Shown piece after piece: positions 28,238-41,283 of a DNA stretch of 64,000 bases. Numbering within the stretch: the first letter of the stretch is position 1; every line of letters starts with the position of its first letter. This DNA comes from Candidatus Hadarchaeum sp. (GTDB taxonomy: Archaea; Hadarchaeota; Hadarchaeia; Hadarchaeales; Hadarchaeaceae). Made by a program: the position numbers and the translations under genes. Below the pieces are notes generated by a model. The model was given only the letters and a program-made list of their open reading frames with translations, did no database searches and was not told where the DNA came from. The stretch covers positions 275 through 64,274 of the forward strand of contig DYFS01000001.1 of assembly GCA_020725055.1 (NCBI GenBank), written 5' to 3'.

Positions 28238-29601
28238 AGGTGCCGTGTGCCCTCGCCATCGGGGGGTCGGACTCAGGTGGCGGTGCAGGGATCCAGGCCG
28301 ATCTCAAAACCTTCGCGGCGCTCGGCGTCCACGGGCTCTGCGTCGTGACCGCTGTTACAGCCCAAAATACCAGAGGTGTTAACGCGACTTTCGAGCTGCC
28401 GCCGGAGTTTGTAACTAAGCAGCTCAACACCGTCATGCGCGACTTCGACGTCAAGTGGGCAAAAACGGGGATGCTGAGCAACGCGGGCATCATTCGGGCG
28501 GTGGAGCTGGGGACAAAGCACCACGGGCTTCGCCTTATCGTTGATCCAGTGATGGCCGCTGCCACCGGTGCTCCGCTCTTGCGTGAGGATGCCATCGGGG
28601 CGCTCACCAAGTTGCTGGCGCGCGCTGAACTTGTTACCCCGAATGTGCCTGAGGCCGAGAGGCTCTCCGGTATAAAAATCAGAACAAAAACCGGCATGCG
28701 AAAAGCCGCTCGTGCAATCGCGAGATTAGGCCCACGTGTCGTTCTCATAAAGGGAGGGCATCTCAAGGGGCGAGAAACCACGGATTTGCTCTACGCCAAG
28801 GGGAAGTTCACCGAGCTCAGGGGGCCCCGCATAACCGCTGGGCCAACCCACGGCACCGGCTGCTCGTTTGCATCTGCGATAACCGCAGAACTCGCAAAAG
28901 GTGCAGGCCTCCGAACGGCAATCTGTAGGGCTAGAGAATTTATCTCCCAGGGGATCAAAAATCGTCTCGAGGTTGGGAAAGGCCTGCCAATCGTTGGGCC
29001 CGCAGGCATGCCGCCACCAAAGGTCGAACAAAGCGAGATTCATAGAGAAGTTTGGGAAGCCGCCAAGTTACTAGCTGCAGAACCGCGTTTTACCAAACTG
29101 CTACCTGAAGTGGGGTCAAACATCGCGATGGCATTTCCCCGCGCCAAAACAACATCAGAGGTGGTTGGTCTGTCCGGTCGCATCATCAAAGTAGGTCGGC
29201 ACCCATTCTTACCCGGCCCTCCCGCGCTGGGCGGATCCAAACACGTCGCAAACATCGTTTTAACAGCGATGCGTTACGACCCAAAAATTCGTGCTGCACT
29301 GAACATCCGGTTTTCGGACAAAATTGTGCGCAGGTGCCGCGGACTCGGGCTCCGGGTGGTTGAGTTTGACCGCTCCAAAGAACCGCGAGGGGTTAAGACG
29401 ATGGTTTGGGGCACCGAGCAAGCGATAAAAAAAGCCGGAGGGGTGCCAGATGTTATCTTCGATCGGGGCGCTAGGGGGAAGGAACCCATGGTGAGACTAC
29501 TCGGCCCATCTGCGATCCGCGTGGCGAAACTCGCGTTGGGAATAGCTGGGCCAGATAACCGCTCAGCGATTAGGATTGTACTGCCGCACGAAGCTTTATA
29601 G
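28234..29601 (+). CDS. thiDN: bifunctional ThiD-ThiN: HMP(-P) kinase / thiamine-phosphate synthase (archaeal ThiDN)
   Basis: 455 aa. ThiD ribokinase-like N-half (ALAIGGSDSGGGAGIQADLKTF, GPTHGTGCSFASAI). About 190-aa C-terminal extension consistent with ThiN domain. Confidence 0.7.
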   Translation: MKVPCALAIGGSDSGGGAGIQADLKTFAALGVHGLCVVTAVTAQNTRGVNATFELPPEFVTKQLNTVMRDFDVKWAKTGMLSNAGIIRAVELGTKHHGLRLIVDPVMAAATGAPLLREDAIGALTKLLARAELVTPNVPEAERLSGIKIRTKTGMRKAARAIARLGPRVVLIKGGHLKGRETTDLLYAKGKFTELRGPRITAGPTHGTGCSFASAITAELAKGAGLRTAICRAREFISQGIKNRLEVGKGLPIVGPAGMPPPKVEQSEIHREVWEAAKLLAAEPRFTKLLPEVGSNIAMAFPRAKTTSEVVGLSGRIIKVGRHPFLPGPPALGGSKHVANIVLTAMRYDPKIRAALNIRFSDKIVRRCRGLGLRVVEFDRSKEPRGVKTMVWGTEQAIKKAGGVPDVIFDRGARGKEPMVRLLGPSAIRVAKLALGIAGPDNRSAIRIVLPHEAL

Positions 29602-29635
29602 GTTGGTGCGCAAGAGCCAAGCAGATAGGGAGTAA

Positions 29636-29833
29636 ATGGGGAGGATAAGCCCTACTCATGTAAAGCGCGCGGCCAAGCAGCTACTCGAGCGCTACCCGGA
29701 TAGGTTCTCCGCCAGCTACAAGCAGAACCGCAAGGCGCTCGACGAACTCGCGGCCATCGAGAGCCGCCCGCTCCGAAACAAAATAGCTGGTTATTTAACT
29801 ACCTTGCTCAAACAAAAAGCGAGGGAGGTGTGA
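29636..29833 (+). CDS. rps17e: 30S ribosomal protein S17e
   Basis: 65 aa. MGRISPTHVKRAAKQLLERYPDRF is the conserved S17e N-terminus. Confidence 0.8.
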   Translation: MGRISPTHVKRAAKQLLERYPDRFSASYKQNRKALDELAAIESRPLRNKIAGYLTTLLKQKAREV

Positions 29834-30012
29834 CCACGCCACCGATCGTGGACCTAAAGAAGTGCAAGGGTGCCGGTGCGTGCGTTGGGGTCTGCCCTGC
29901 AAATGTCCTCGAGGTGAAGGGTAAAAAAGTAGCAGTGGTGAACCCGGACGCGTGCCTTGAGTGCCGAGCCTGCGAAGCGGTTTGCCCGAATGGTGCAATA
30001 AGCTTCCCGTAA
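29830..30012 (+). CDS. 2x[4Fe-4S] ferredoxin
   Basis: 60 aa. Two CxxCxxCxxxCP motifs (CKGAGACVGVCP, CLECRACEAVCP). 4-nt overlap with S17e gene. Confidence 0.7.
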   Translation: MTTPPIVDLKKCKGAGACVGVCPANVLEVKGKKVAVVNPDACLECRACEAVCPNGAISFP

Positions 30013-30214
30013 AAAGTTTTTGCACCCATTTATTTTAATATCATTTTTCCGTTGGGCTAAACTCGAGAGGGTCGATTCTCTTGATGATGCCTACTTTGTC
30101 GAGCTCCTTGTTTGCCGAGAGAATCTCGCCCGCAATTGCGATACCACCTACGATCAAAACAACCCAACAAACAAAAATTTGCCATGCATACGGCCTGCCC
30201 CAAATTCGCCTAGC

Positions 30215-33270
<3,056 letters not shown>

Positions 33271-33374
33271 ATCTCTGAACCCAGCTTGCGCTAGGACAGA
33301 CCTATGCATGGCAATCATCTTGCGATGACCGCAATATCGCCCTTCGCTCGTGAATTTACTCACGAGCTGCACGA

Positions 33375-33449
33375 TGGTGGACCCGCCGGGACTCGAACCC
33401 GGGACCTTCGGCTTGCAAAGCCGACGCTCTACCACTGAGCTACGGGCCC
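33375..33449 (-). tRNA. tRNA-Ala (UGC) in 16S-23S spacer, CCA encoded
   Basis: GGGCCCGUAGCUCAGUGGUAGAGCGUCGGCUUUGCAAGCCGAAGGUCCCGGGUUCGAGUCCCGGCGGGUCCACCA. G3:U70 present. Confidence 0.9.
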
Positions 33450-33478
33450 TCCGAGGGTTCGGTACCCCAAACTTCAAA

Positions 33479-34957
<1,479 letters not shown>

Positions 34958-35217
34958 AAGTCGCAAGCTAAATTGCGGGGTACCGAACCTATCTCGGACC
35001 CGAGCTCTTCCGGTTGCCCGGCTTGTTCCGGTCCACATTGGTTTATCCACACCAAGAATACAATCCTTCATCGCGGGGCCATGCGCGCTTTGCCCCAAAC
35101 TCGGATCGACGCCGTTCACACTGCAGTGTGGACATCTAATGTTCTAAAGGTTATACTACTTAAGATTTTCTTTTCACGTAAAAACCCTGAATTGAGCTTG
35201 ATTTGGATGAAAAAGGG

Positions 35218-35315
35218 GCCAAGGCCGGGATTTCCGTCAAGATGTATCCTCTTGAATTCGAACCCGGGTCACGGGATCCACAGTCCCGGATGTTAACCAC
35301 TACACTACCTTGGCC
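35218..35315 (-). tRNA. tRNA-His (GUG) with about 26-nt non-canonical intron in the T-loop/T-stem junction
   Basis: G(-1) GCCAAGG UA GUGU AGUGGUUA ACAU C CGGGA CUGUGGA UCCCG UGAC CCGGG UUCGAAU [TCAAGAGGATACATCTTGACGGAAAT] CCCGG CCUUGGC C. Intron holds inverted repeat TCAAGA/TCTTGA. G-1 and C73 His identity elements present. Confidence 0.65.
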
Positions 35316-35376
35316 ACGTTTAAACTTCGACTTGAGTCTATTTAGGTTTTGATGCCTAAGTAAAAATGTCAAACGT

Positions 35377-36726
35377 TTGTCAAAACCAAAGGAGATTCGT
35401 TTGTCCAGCCGAATCAAGTGGCTTAGCGACATCATCCCGCCTGAGCAAGTCGGTGAACTTACTGCGCTCAACAGAATCAAAGTGGCTCGAACGCCTTCGG
35501 GCTCCCTCTGCCTGCTGTGCAAGGGCGGGCGGATGCTCTGCGGCAAGCTGAGGTGCCCGATAATCGCGAAGGCCCAAGCTATTGCGAAGTCGAGCCGCCT
35601 AATTATCTCGGAAAGCGTTGAGGGGTCAACTCCACCAGGGGTGTTCGTGGGGCACGTCGGTTATCCAAAAGTGTACATCGGCCCCATGGTCCCCCCATAC
35701 TTCGGTGATACGGAGATACTCGATACCCCAGAGCTCTGGATCGGGAAAACCATCGACGACGTCATCGATTACCGCTTCTCCCTAATCAGGGGGAAAACCC
35801 TCGCGAGTGTTTTCGATGCTCGAACTGGCGGGAAGCTACTCGATGTGCTCCAGGAGCTCGCGATGGGCACTCACCCGGTCGACTCGGAGGCCCAATTCAC
35901 GAGGAGGCCCAGAGGGGTGATCAGCTTGAGCGAGGATACCCAGCCATTTGGGCCCGCCGCCCCCTTGAGGTCTTTCAAAGTTGCTGATGTCGACGTTGAT
36001 CAAAGGATTGAGCGCGCATTTTACGATCGCGACCTGAAGGCATCGGATGCAGTGGTGGAGCTGTACGAAAAAGGGGTACTGGTGACCAGAATCCAACGTG
36101 CCTTCAGCCTCGGGATGTTCGGCTCCGCAGCCAAGCGGAAGCTCGTCCCGACGCGCTGGAGCATAACCGCGGTCGACAGCGCCCTCTCGCTCAACCTCAT
36201 CGACCGCATCAAGCAGCACGACACAATCGACGAATACCGCGTGTACTCCTTCAAAAACTTAGATAATTACTACGTCGCCATCCTGATGCCCGAGCAGTGG
36301 AGCTTCGAGTGGATTGAAGCGTGGTTCCCGGGCACGACATGGAACCCGGACGAGCGAGCCGCTGCCCCAGCGATGATGGGGGACTTCGAGCCCTACTGGG
36401 GGCGGATGACCTATCCAGACGTGGGGGGGTGTTACTACGCTTGCAGGCTGGCGGTGGCTGAGCGGCTGAACCGGGAGCGGAGGCAGGCCTCGGCGCTCGT
36501 GCTTCGAGAGATCCACCCGGGTTACATCTTGCCCGTAGGGGTCTGGGGCGTGAGGGAAAGCGTGCGGGCCGCGATGCGGACGGAGCCGCAGAGGTTTGAC
36601 AACTTTCATGCTGCGCTGGATTGTGCGATGACGAAACTCACCATCCCGCTCAAAAAATGGATTGAAGCGAGCGAACTTCTGAAACGCGCTCTATTTCAGA
36701 AAAAAATCACGGAGTTCGCCCCATGA
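35377..36726 (+). CDS. nreA: Nre-family putative DNA repair protein (COG1602; DUF650/DUF651)
   Basis: 449 aa. N-terminal C-x2-C-x5-C-x4-C zinc cluster (CLLCKGGRMLCGKLRCP) and overall length match archaeal Nre proteins. Stop overlaps next gene start (ATGA 36723-36726). Confidence 0.6.
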   Translation: MSKPKEIRLSSRIKWLSDIIPPEQVGELTALNRIKVARTPSGSLCLLCKGGRMLCGKLRCPIIAKAQAIAKSSRLIISESVEGSTPPGVFVGHVGYPKVYIGPMVPPYFGDTEILDTPELWIGKTIDDVIDYRFSLIRGKTLASVFDARTGGKLLDVLQELAMGTHPVDSEAQFTRRPRGVISLSEDTQPFGPAAPLRSFKVADVDVDQRIERAFYDRDLKASDAVVELYEKGVLVTRIQRAFSLGMFGSAAKRKLVPTRWSITAVDSALSLNLIDRIKQHDTIDEYRVYSFKNLDNYYVAILMPEQWSFEWIEAWFPGTTWNPDERAAAPAMMGDFEPYWGRMTYPDVGGCYYACRLAVAERLNRERRQASALVLREIHPGYILPVGVWGVRESVRAAMRTEPQRFDNFHAALDCAMTKLTIPLKKWIEASELLKRALFQKKITEFAP

Positions 36727-37556
36727 GCGTCGAGTATTCATCCATCACCTGCAAAACTGCCCTCTCCACCAGCAAGTTGCCGGGCCTTCGGTATTCTTTG
36801 AACCCGTATACGGGTTGCGAGCACGGCTGCGTTTACTGCTACAGCCCCTCGGTCCTTGGGAACAGGGAGTTCGCGCTCAAGTGGGGCAGTTTCGTGAAGG
36901 CCAAACGAAACTTGCCCGAAGTCTTGGGTCGGGAGCTGAACCGAAAACCACGGGGGGTGGTTGGTGTGAGCACGGTCACGGATCCCTACCAGCCCGCCGA
37001 AGCCAAGCTCGAACTGACGAGGCAGTGCCTCGAGCTTCTCTCGCGACGAGATTTTCCCGTTTCGATCCAAACGAAATCAAGCTTGGTTTTGCGGGACGCT
37101 GACCTCATCAAGCAGGGAAGCTTCGACGTCGGGGTGACGATAACAACTATGGACAGGGAGCTCGCGGAAAAAATCGAGCCAAGGGCCTCCCCCCCCGATG
37201 CTAGGGCCAGCGCGCTTGAGGGGCTCTCGTCGCGTGGCGTCGAAACGTGGGTTTTCTTGGGACCGTTGATACCTGAGGTAAACGATGGCAAGGAAAGCAT
37301 CAGGCGCGTGGTCGAGGTCGCAAAACGGACCGGGAGCAAGCTCATCTATGACAAACTCAACCTCAAGCGGTGGGTCCCAGAGAGGCTTACCCCCATCCTC
37401 GACCGGGAGCGACCTGGGCTCGCCGAGCGGCTGCCAGCCCGGATAAGCCAGAGGGGCGGGCGTTGGCGCGCGACTTGCTCGACCGTAGAAGTGATTTGCC
37501 GCGAACTCGGGGTACGCTGCGAGCCGGCATTCCCCAGCTGGCCGAGCGCCGCTTGA
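36723..37556 (+). CDS. radical SAM protein, spore-photoproduct-lyase-like 'DNA repair photolyase' family (COG1533)
   Basis: 277 aa. Radical SAM cluster motif CEHGCVYC near N-terminus. Partial TIM-barrel-like layout (VTDPYQP, FLGPLIP) typical of SplB-like enzymes. Confidence 0.65.
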   Translation: MSVEYSSITCKTALSTSKLPGLRYSLNPYTGCEHGCVYCYSPSVLGNREFALKWGSFVKAKRNLPEVLGRELNRKPRGVVGVSTVTDPYQPAEAKLELTRQCLELLSRRDFPVSIQTKSSLVLRDADLIKQGSFDVGVTITTMDRELAEKIEPRASPPDARASALEGLSSRGVETWVFLGPLIPEVNDGKESIRRVVEVAKRTGSKLIYDKLNLKRWVPERLTPILDRERPGLAERLPARISQRGGRWRATCSTVEVICRELGVRCEPAFPSWPSAA

Positions 37557-37651
37557 CTACCCGGAAACATGTAATAATTTTTTGAAATGGTGCGGGGGAA
37601 TAGGTTTATACTACCGTTTGAATCTACCGAAACTGTCCCCGCCGCCGAACA

Positions 37652-38068
37652 TCATTTGCCGGTGCCGAGGACCTCTAACATCTGGCCTACGGTCACTGTT
37701 TTGATCCCTCTAAACCCCTTTAACGAGAGCAGATGTTTATCTCCGGATACTATGTAATCCGCCCTGCCGTCGTGGGCTGCCCTCAACACCACATCGTCGT
37801 CGGGGTCTTCCTCGATTACTTTGAACCGGGATCTGATCTTGACTATGGTGGCGATGCTTCCAACGATCCTCAGGAAGGCTATTGTGTCATCCTCATTAAC
37901 GTATCTCCTTATCATCGGGTCGTCTGTAATTTCAAGGAACTCTTCTAGGATGTCTCTGGAAGTGACCACCTGAATTTTCTTCCTCGCAAGTTCGAAGATA
38001 AGCTCTCTTGGCTTTCCGGATTTAATTAGAGCGGACACTAGGACGTTTGTATCGAGAACAACTTTCAT
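37652..38068 (-). CDS. vapC: PIN-domain ribonuclease, VapC-like toxin
   Basis: 138 aa. MKVVLDTNVLVSAL with conserved Asp6. Later acidic residues (DDDVVLRAAHDGRADYIVSGDKHL) typical of PIN. Confidence 0.7.
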   Translation of the reverse strand: MKVVLDTNVLVSALIKSGKPRELIFELARKKIQVVTSRDILEEFLEITDDPMIRRYVNEDDTIAFLRIVGSIATIVKIRSRFKVIEEDPDDDVVLRAAHDGRADYIVSGDKHLLSLKGFRGIKTVTVGQMLEVLGTGK

Positions 38069-38081
38069 CCCACGACCTTCA

Positions 38082-38363
38082 CTAAGAAGTCTTCGCCCTA
38101 TGTTTCTGGATTATTGCCTCTATCTCTTCATTAGTCAGTTCACCGTACTTTGCGATTTTAACGTCGACTCTTTTGTAAACACCTTCCAGCTCTTTCGCCA
38201 CGTTAGGCACCTCTAACTTCTTCATTATCACCGCATCCTGATAACCGTACACGAGAAACTTTGTTTTTGGCCCGATGCCTAACTTCCTCCTTATTGCTTT
38301 AGGTATCACTACCTGCCCCTTGCTACTGAGAACAGCCACATCTGGTTTCTCGTAACGTTTCAT
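38082..38363 (-). CDS. vapB: AbrB/MazE/SpoVT-type antitoxin (VapB-like)
   Basis: 93 aa. Looped-hinge-helix core VLSSKGQVVIPKAIRRKLGI. 13-nt gap to the downstream PIN gene on the same strand. Confidence 0.65.
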   Translation of the reverse strand: MKRYEKPDVAVLSSKGQVVIPKAIRRKLGIGPKTKFLVYGYQDAVIMKKLEVPNVAKELEGVYKRVDVKIAKYGELTNEEIEAIIQKHRAKTS

Positions 38364-38437
38364 GGAACCACATATTTAGTTCTTACTTTCTTACTTATAA
38401 AAGTTTGGGCCGGTTTGAATTTGAGCGTTAATCGTAT

Positions 38438-38525
38438 TGGTGCGGGGGGAGAGATTCGAACTCTCGAAGGCCTTCGCCACGGGGTTCTAAGCCCCGCTCC
38501 TTAGACCAGGCTCGGACACCCCCGC
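38438..38525 (-). tRNA. tRNA-Leu (UAG), long variable arm, CCA encoded
   Basis: GCGGGGGUGUCCGAGCCUGGUCUAAGGAGCGGGGCUUAGAACCCCGUGGCGAAGGCCUUCGAGAGUUCGAAUCUCUCCCCCCGCACCA. Confidence 0.8.
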
Positions 38526-38564
38526 CCGAACAGATTTTGTTGCCGAGAGATAAAACTACCACAT

Positions 38565-39743
38565 TTATGGGAACTCTTCCTCTTCCCAAGCGGGGGATAC
38601 AGCAGTTTTCCACTCGTCTTCGAGCTCCGCCAGCCCCCACCCGTAGATGGTCTGGAGGGCCGCCAGGAAGTTTTCGCTGACGTAGAGCTGCTTGAACTTT
38701 GTGATTCCGTATCTATCGATTAGGAACTTGACGAACGAGCCAGATTGCTTGTAAGCCGCAAGCTGATCTTGCTTGAACCAGTTTTCCCCAAGCAATGAGG
38801 CCAGCGGGACATATCTATCAAGGAAGATGAGTTCAGCAACTGTTTTGTCGTGGTTATCGCTAGACTGGTCGAGAGCAACCGCAATCCCTTCACCAAGCAG
38901 CGTTTCCGACGGCTCACCGAGGGTGTGGTAAGGTATCACGTGGGTCGCCTCGTGGCCAACGCTCTGCCGTTCTTGTCTAGAAGCGTAGAGGACGTGACAC
39001 TCGTTATCTTCTGCCATCGCGAAGCCATAGGGCCTCCTCGTCATTCTGTACAGGATGTTCTCCGATGGGTACAGGTAATAGTCGACTTTTCCGTGGTAGC
39101 TGACTTCAATGGTACGCGTGATGTTATCGAACCCGGACTCGTGCTCGAAAACAATGGTATCGATGTCGCGGGCGGCGTTTGAATTCGAGTAGTAGTAAAA
39201 GGTGAAGTGCGCGCTACTCCTCCTCGACCACTGAGCGTATGGGATTACCCCTTCCAAATTAGAAATCCTGAAGCTGGAAACCATGTTTTCAAGTATGGGT
39301 GCCATCTGATTGAAATCGTCGGATGGAACTTCCGTGTAAATCGCGTAGCCGAAGCGGTGGAGGACCGTCCCCACCAAGGTCCCCTAAATGGTGCGCCGCC
39401 GTATGTGAAGGAGTAATCCACCCTCATGTCCGGCTCTCCTGAAAGCGTGTATGTGTTCTCCGGAAGCCTCTGGAAATTTTGGTAGTGTCTCCCCAAGATG
39501 GAAAGGACCTCTGACGCCATTCCGGAGACCGTCCTTGCTTTCACGAAGGGGGACCACGACGAGCAGGTTGCTGTCCTTGCGGAAATGAATCTCGTCACCA
39601 CTCTGCCTAACCGTCCAAGCAGCAGGGTAGCTCATCGACCAGTCGTTGTTCGTGCGTGTGTACGTCTTCCATCCGCTGGGTACTTCTGTAGGCGCGGGGC
39701 CCCTCAGAAGAAGGTAACCTCCACCCAAAGCGGCGACGACCAC
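38565..39743 (-). pseudogene. secreted/membrane-anchored HExxH zinc metallopeptidase-like gene interrupted by an in-frame TAG (39384-39386)
   Basis: N-terminal piece 39387-39743 (TM helix VVAALGGGYLLL) and C-terminal piece 38565-39377 (VGHEATHVIPYH) are in the same frame, separated only by TAG + 2 codons. No canonical ATG start. Local GC about 50%. Confidence 0.45.
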
Positions 39744-39813
39744 GATTGCAACGACCAGAGTTAGAATCGCTTTTTTTAACAGGTACCCAAAATGTTAGGC
39801 TATGTGAATCACA

Positions 39814-40029
39814 TTACCAGACCTTGCCGGGTTTCTTTGCCCCGAATACTGAAGCACGCTGCACCATGTGTTCGAACCTCACCTGCTTCTTGACCTTCTT
39901 GTAACAGTTTTTGCAGTACCACTTTCCGAGCGTGTGTTTCGCGCACGCGCGGTGGAGCTCGGCGCCGCAGCTCGAGCACTTCACCACCGGCGGGGAGAGC
40001 GGCTTGTTGCACGTTGGGCAATCCGGCAT
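39814..40029 (-). CDS. small zinc-ribbon protein
   Basis: 71 aa, basic. CPTCNK..CSSCGAE..C..CKNC cysteine pairs. Confidence 0.35.
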   Translation of the reverse strand: MPDCPTCNKPLSPPVVKCSSCGAELHRACAKHTLGKWYCKNCYKKVKKQVRFEHMVQRASVFGAKKPGKVW

Positions 40030-40094
40030 TTTGTCACCTGTGAATCCCCACAGTTACCTAAAATGCAAAAAAAGACGGGCCCTGAAGCCCTTTT

Positions 40095-40475
40095 TTAGGG
40101 CCCGCCTGCCCTCGATTTCTTCACCGCATACGCCACGATAACCCCGATGATGGATATCACGCCCGCTGCAAGCGTGGTCCAGAGAGTCCAGTGGGACGCC
40201 ACCCTTAAAGCTTCCACGCTTAAAACGAGCAAGCTTATCCCGCAAACGACTGAAACGCTGAGAACGGGGAAAGCGGCTTCTAGGACGGGGATCGAGATGG
40301 CCCCCAGCGAAGCGGCGAACGAGAGCACCGCGCTGCAGCCCATCATCAGCGCAATAACTACCAAGGTGGCGCTATGAGCCGCTGACCCAGCGATGAGAGT
40401 GAGCAGCGCAGCAAGCCCCAAGAAAATCGCCGGCGTACTCAGGATATTCCAGGCGGTGATCGGTTTCCTTTGCAC
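40095..40475 (-). CDS. hypothetical membrane protein (4 TM)
   Basis: 126 aa, almost entirely hydrophobic helices. Confidence 0.35.
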   Translation of the reverse strand: MQRKPITAWNILSTPAIFLGLAALLTLIAGSAAHSATLVVIALMMGCSAVLSFAASLGAISIPVLEAAFPVLSVSVVCGISLLVLSVEALRVASHWTLWTTLAAGVISIIGVIVAYAVKKSRAGGP

Positions 40476-40576
40476 TTCTCCACCTCCAAGTTTGGTTGAT
40501 GGTCGGGCTATTTAAAACGTGGGGTTAAGCCCCTGCCCCAATTCAATGAGCTTGGGGGGCATCTTAAGTAATCCTG

Positions 40577-40685
40577 TGGTGCCCCGGGCGGGATTTGAAC
40601 CCGCGTCGCGGCCTTTCTTCGTCTGATACCCGAAAGGGCCGTATGATTTCGGCGCTTGCGCTTGACCGGTCTACACCACCGGGGC
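40577..40685 (-). tRNA. tRNA-Glu (UUC) with two introns: non-canonical in D-loop (about 14-16 nt) and canonical 37/38 (16 nt)
   Basis: GCCCCGG UG GUGUAGACCGG[TCAAGCGCAAGCGCCG]AAAUCAU A CGGCC CUUUCG [GGTATCAGACGAAGAA] A GGCCG CGAC GCGGG UUCAAAU CCCGC CCGGGGC A CCA. Spliced form closely matches canonical archaeal tRNA-Glu. Confidence 0.6.
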
Positions 40686-40946
40686 CCAATACCTCTTATG
40701 CTTTGAATTATTAAATCCAATTTCTTTGAAATATTTCTCGAGTACAGATTTTTTCGCTATATAGGTTTGTGGGGTACCCTTGCCCGTCCATTTGGCAAGT
40801 CTGAAACCTAGTATCTCCATCGCTAAAGCGAATGTCTTCCGTAAATTTGGGATACTACTGCTAAACCATATGTAGGGATAATTTCTGCCGGTAATCGGAC
40901 AAACTGAACCATCCGTATCTACGAGACCGCGGACACAAGCTTTCAT
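40671..40946 (-). mobile_element. LAGLIDADG homing-endonuclease remnant (single C-terminal-type domain, 91 aa)
   Basis: Motif GLVDTDGSV plus downstream KKS..YFKEIGFNNSKHKRY typical of LAGLIDADG domains. AT-rich. Too short for a functional two-domain enzyme. 3' end overlaps the tRNA-Glu 5' end. Confidence 0.5.
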
Positions 40947-41191
40947 GTATTTAGATCAAGTTAGGGCCCAACAAATTAAATACACAAATCTGCAGATAGA
41001 AAATGTCAACACCATCGGCGATTCTGCTACTGTAACGTGGTGAGCGACCATCACAAGCGCAGCGAATCCAACGGGTGTGCAACAACGCATAACGACTCCT
41101 TTTGTCAGAGAGGGCGGCGTGTGGAAGTTAAACGAGATATAGCGGGCGCTGACGAAAAATCTCCACTCTTTTTTACGCAATTTACCAAAAA

Positions 41192-41283
41192 GTGGTGGGC
41201 CCGAAGGGATTTGAACCCTCGACCGTCCGGTTTCCCAGACTTGCCTATGAGCCGGATGCTCTGACCTGGCTGAGCTACGGGCC
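41192..41283 (-). tRNA. tRNA with CAU anticodon (elongator Met, or more likely tRNA-Ile2) with 14-nt canonical intron
   Basis: GGGCCCG UA GCUC AGCCAGGUCA GAGC A UCCGG CUCAUA [GGCAAGTCTGGGAA] A CCGGA CGGUC GAGGG UUCAAAU CCCUU CGGGCCC A CCA. Acceptor and T-arm nearly identical to tRNA-Ile(GAU) at 8495-8587. Confidence 0.65.

Noticed and set aside
30013-30214. Possible 5S rRNA downstream of the 23S 3' end
   Set aside because: No match to conserved 5S segments such as CCCATCCCGAACACGG or its complement. Region seems to be the 23S 3' trailer/processing stem plus a T-rich terminator before the convergent ferredoxin gene.
39384-39386. In-frame TAG as a pyrrolysine codon
   Set aside because: TAG is used as a genuine stop for sufBD (5769-5771) and valS (16717-16719). 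The peptidase gene also lacks a proper start and sits in decaying low-GC DNA, so a pseudogene is the simpler explanation. Left as a finding only as a check for pyl genes.
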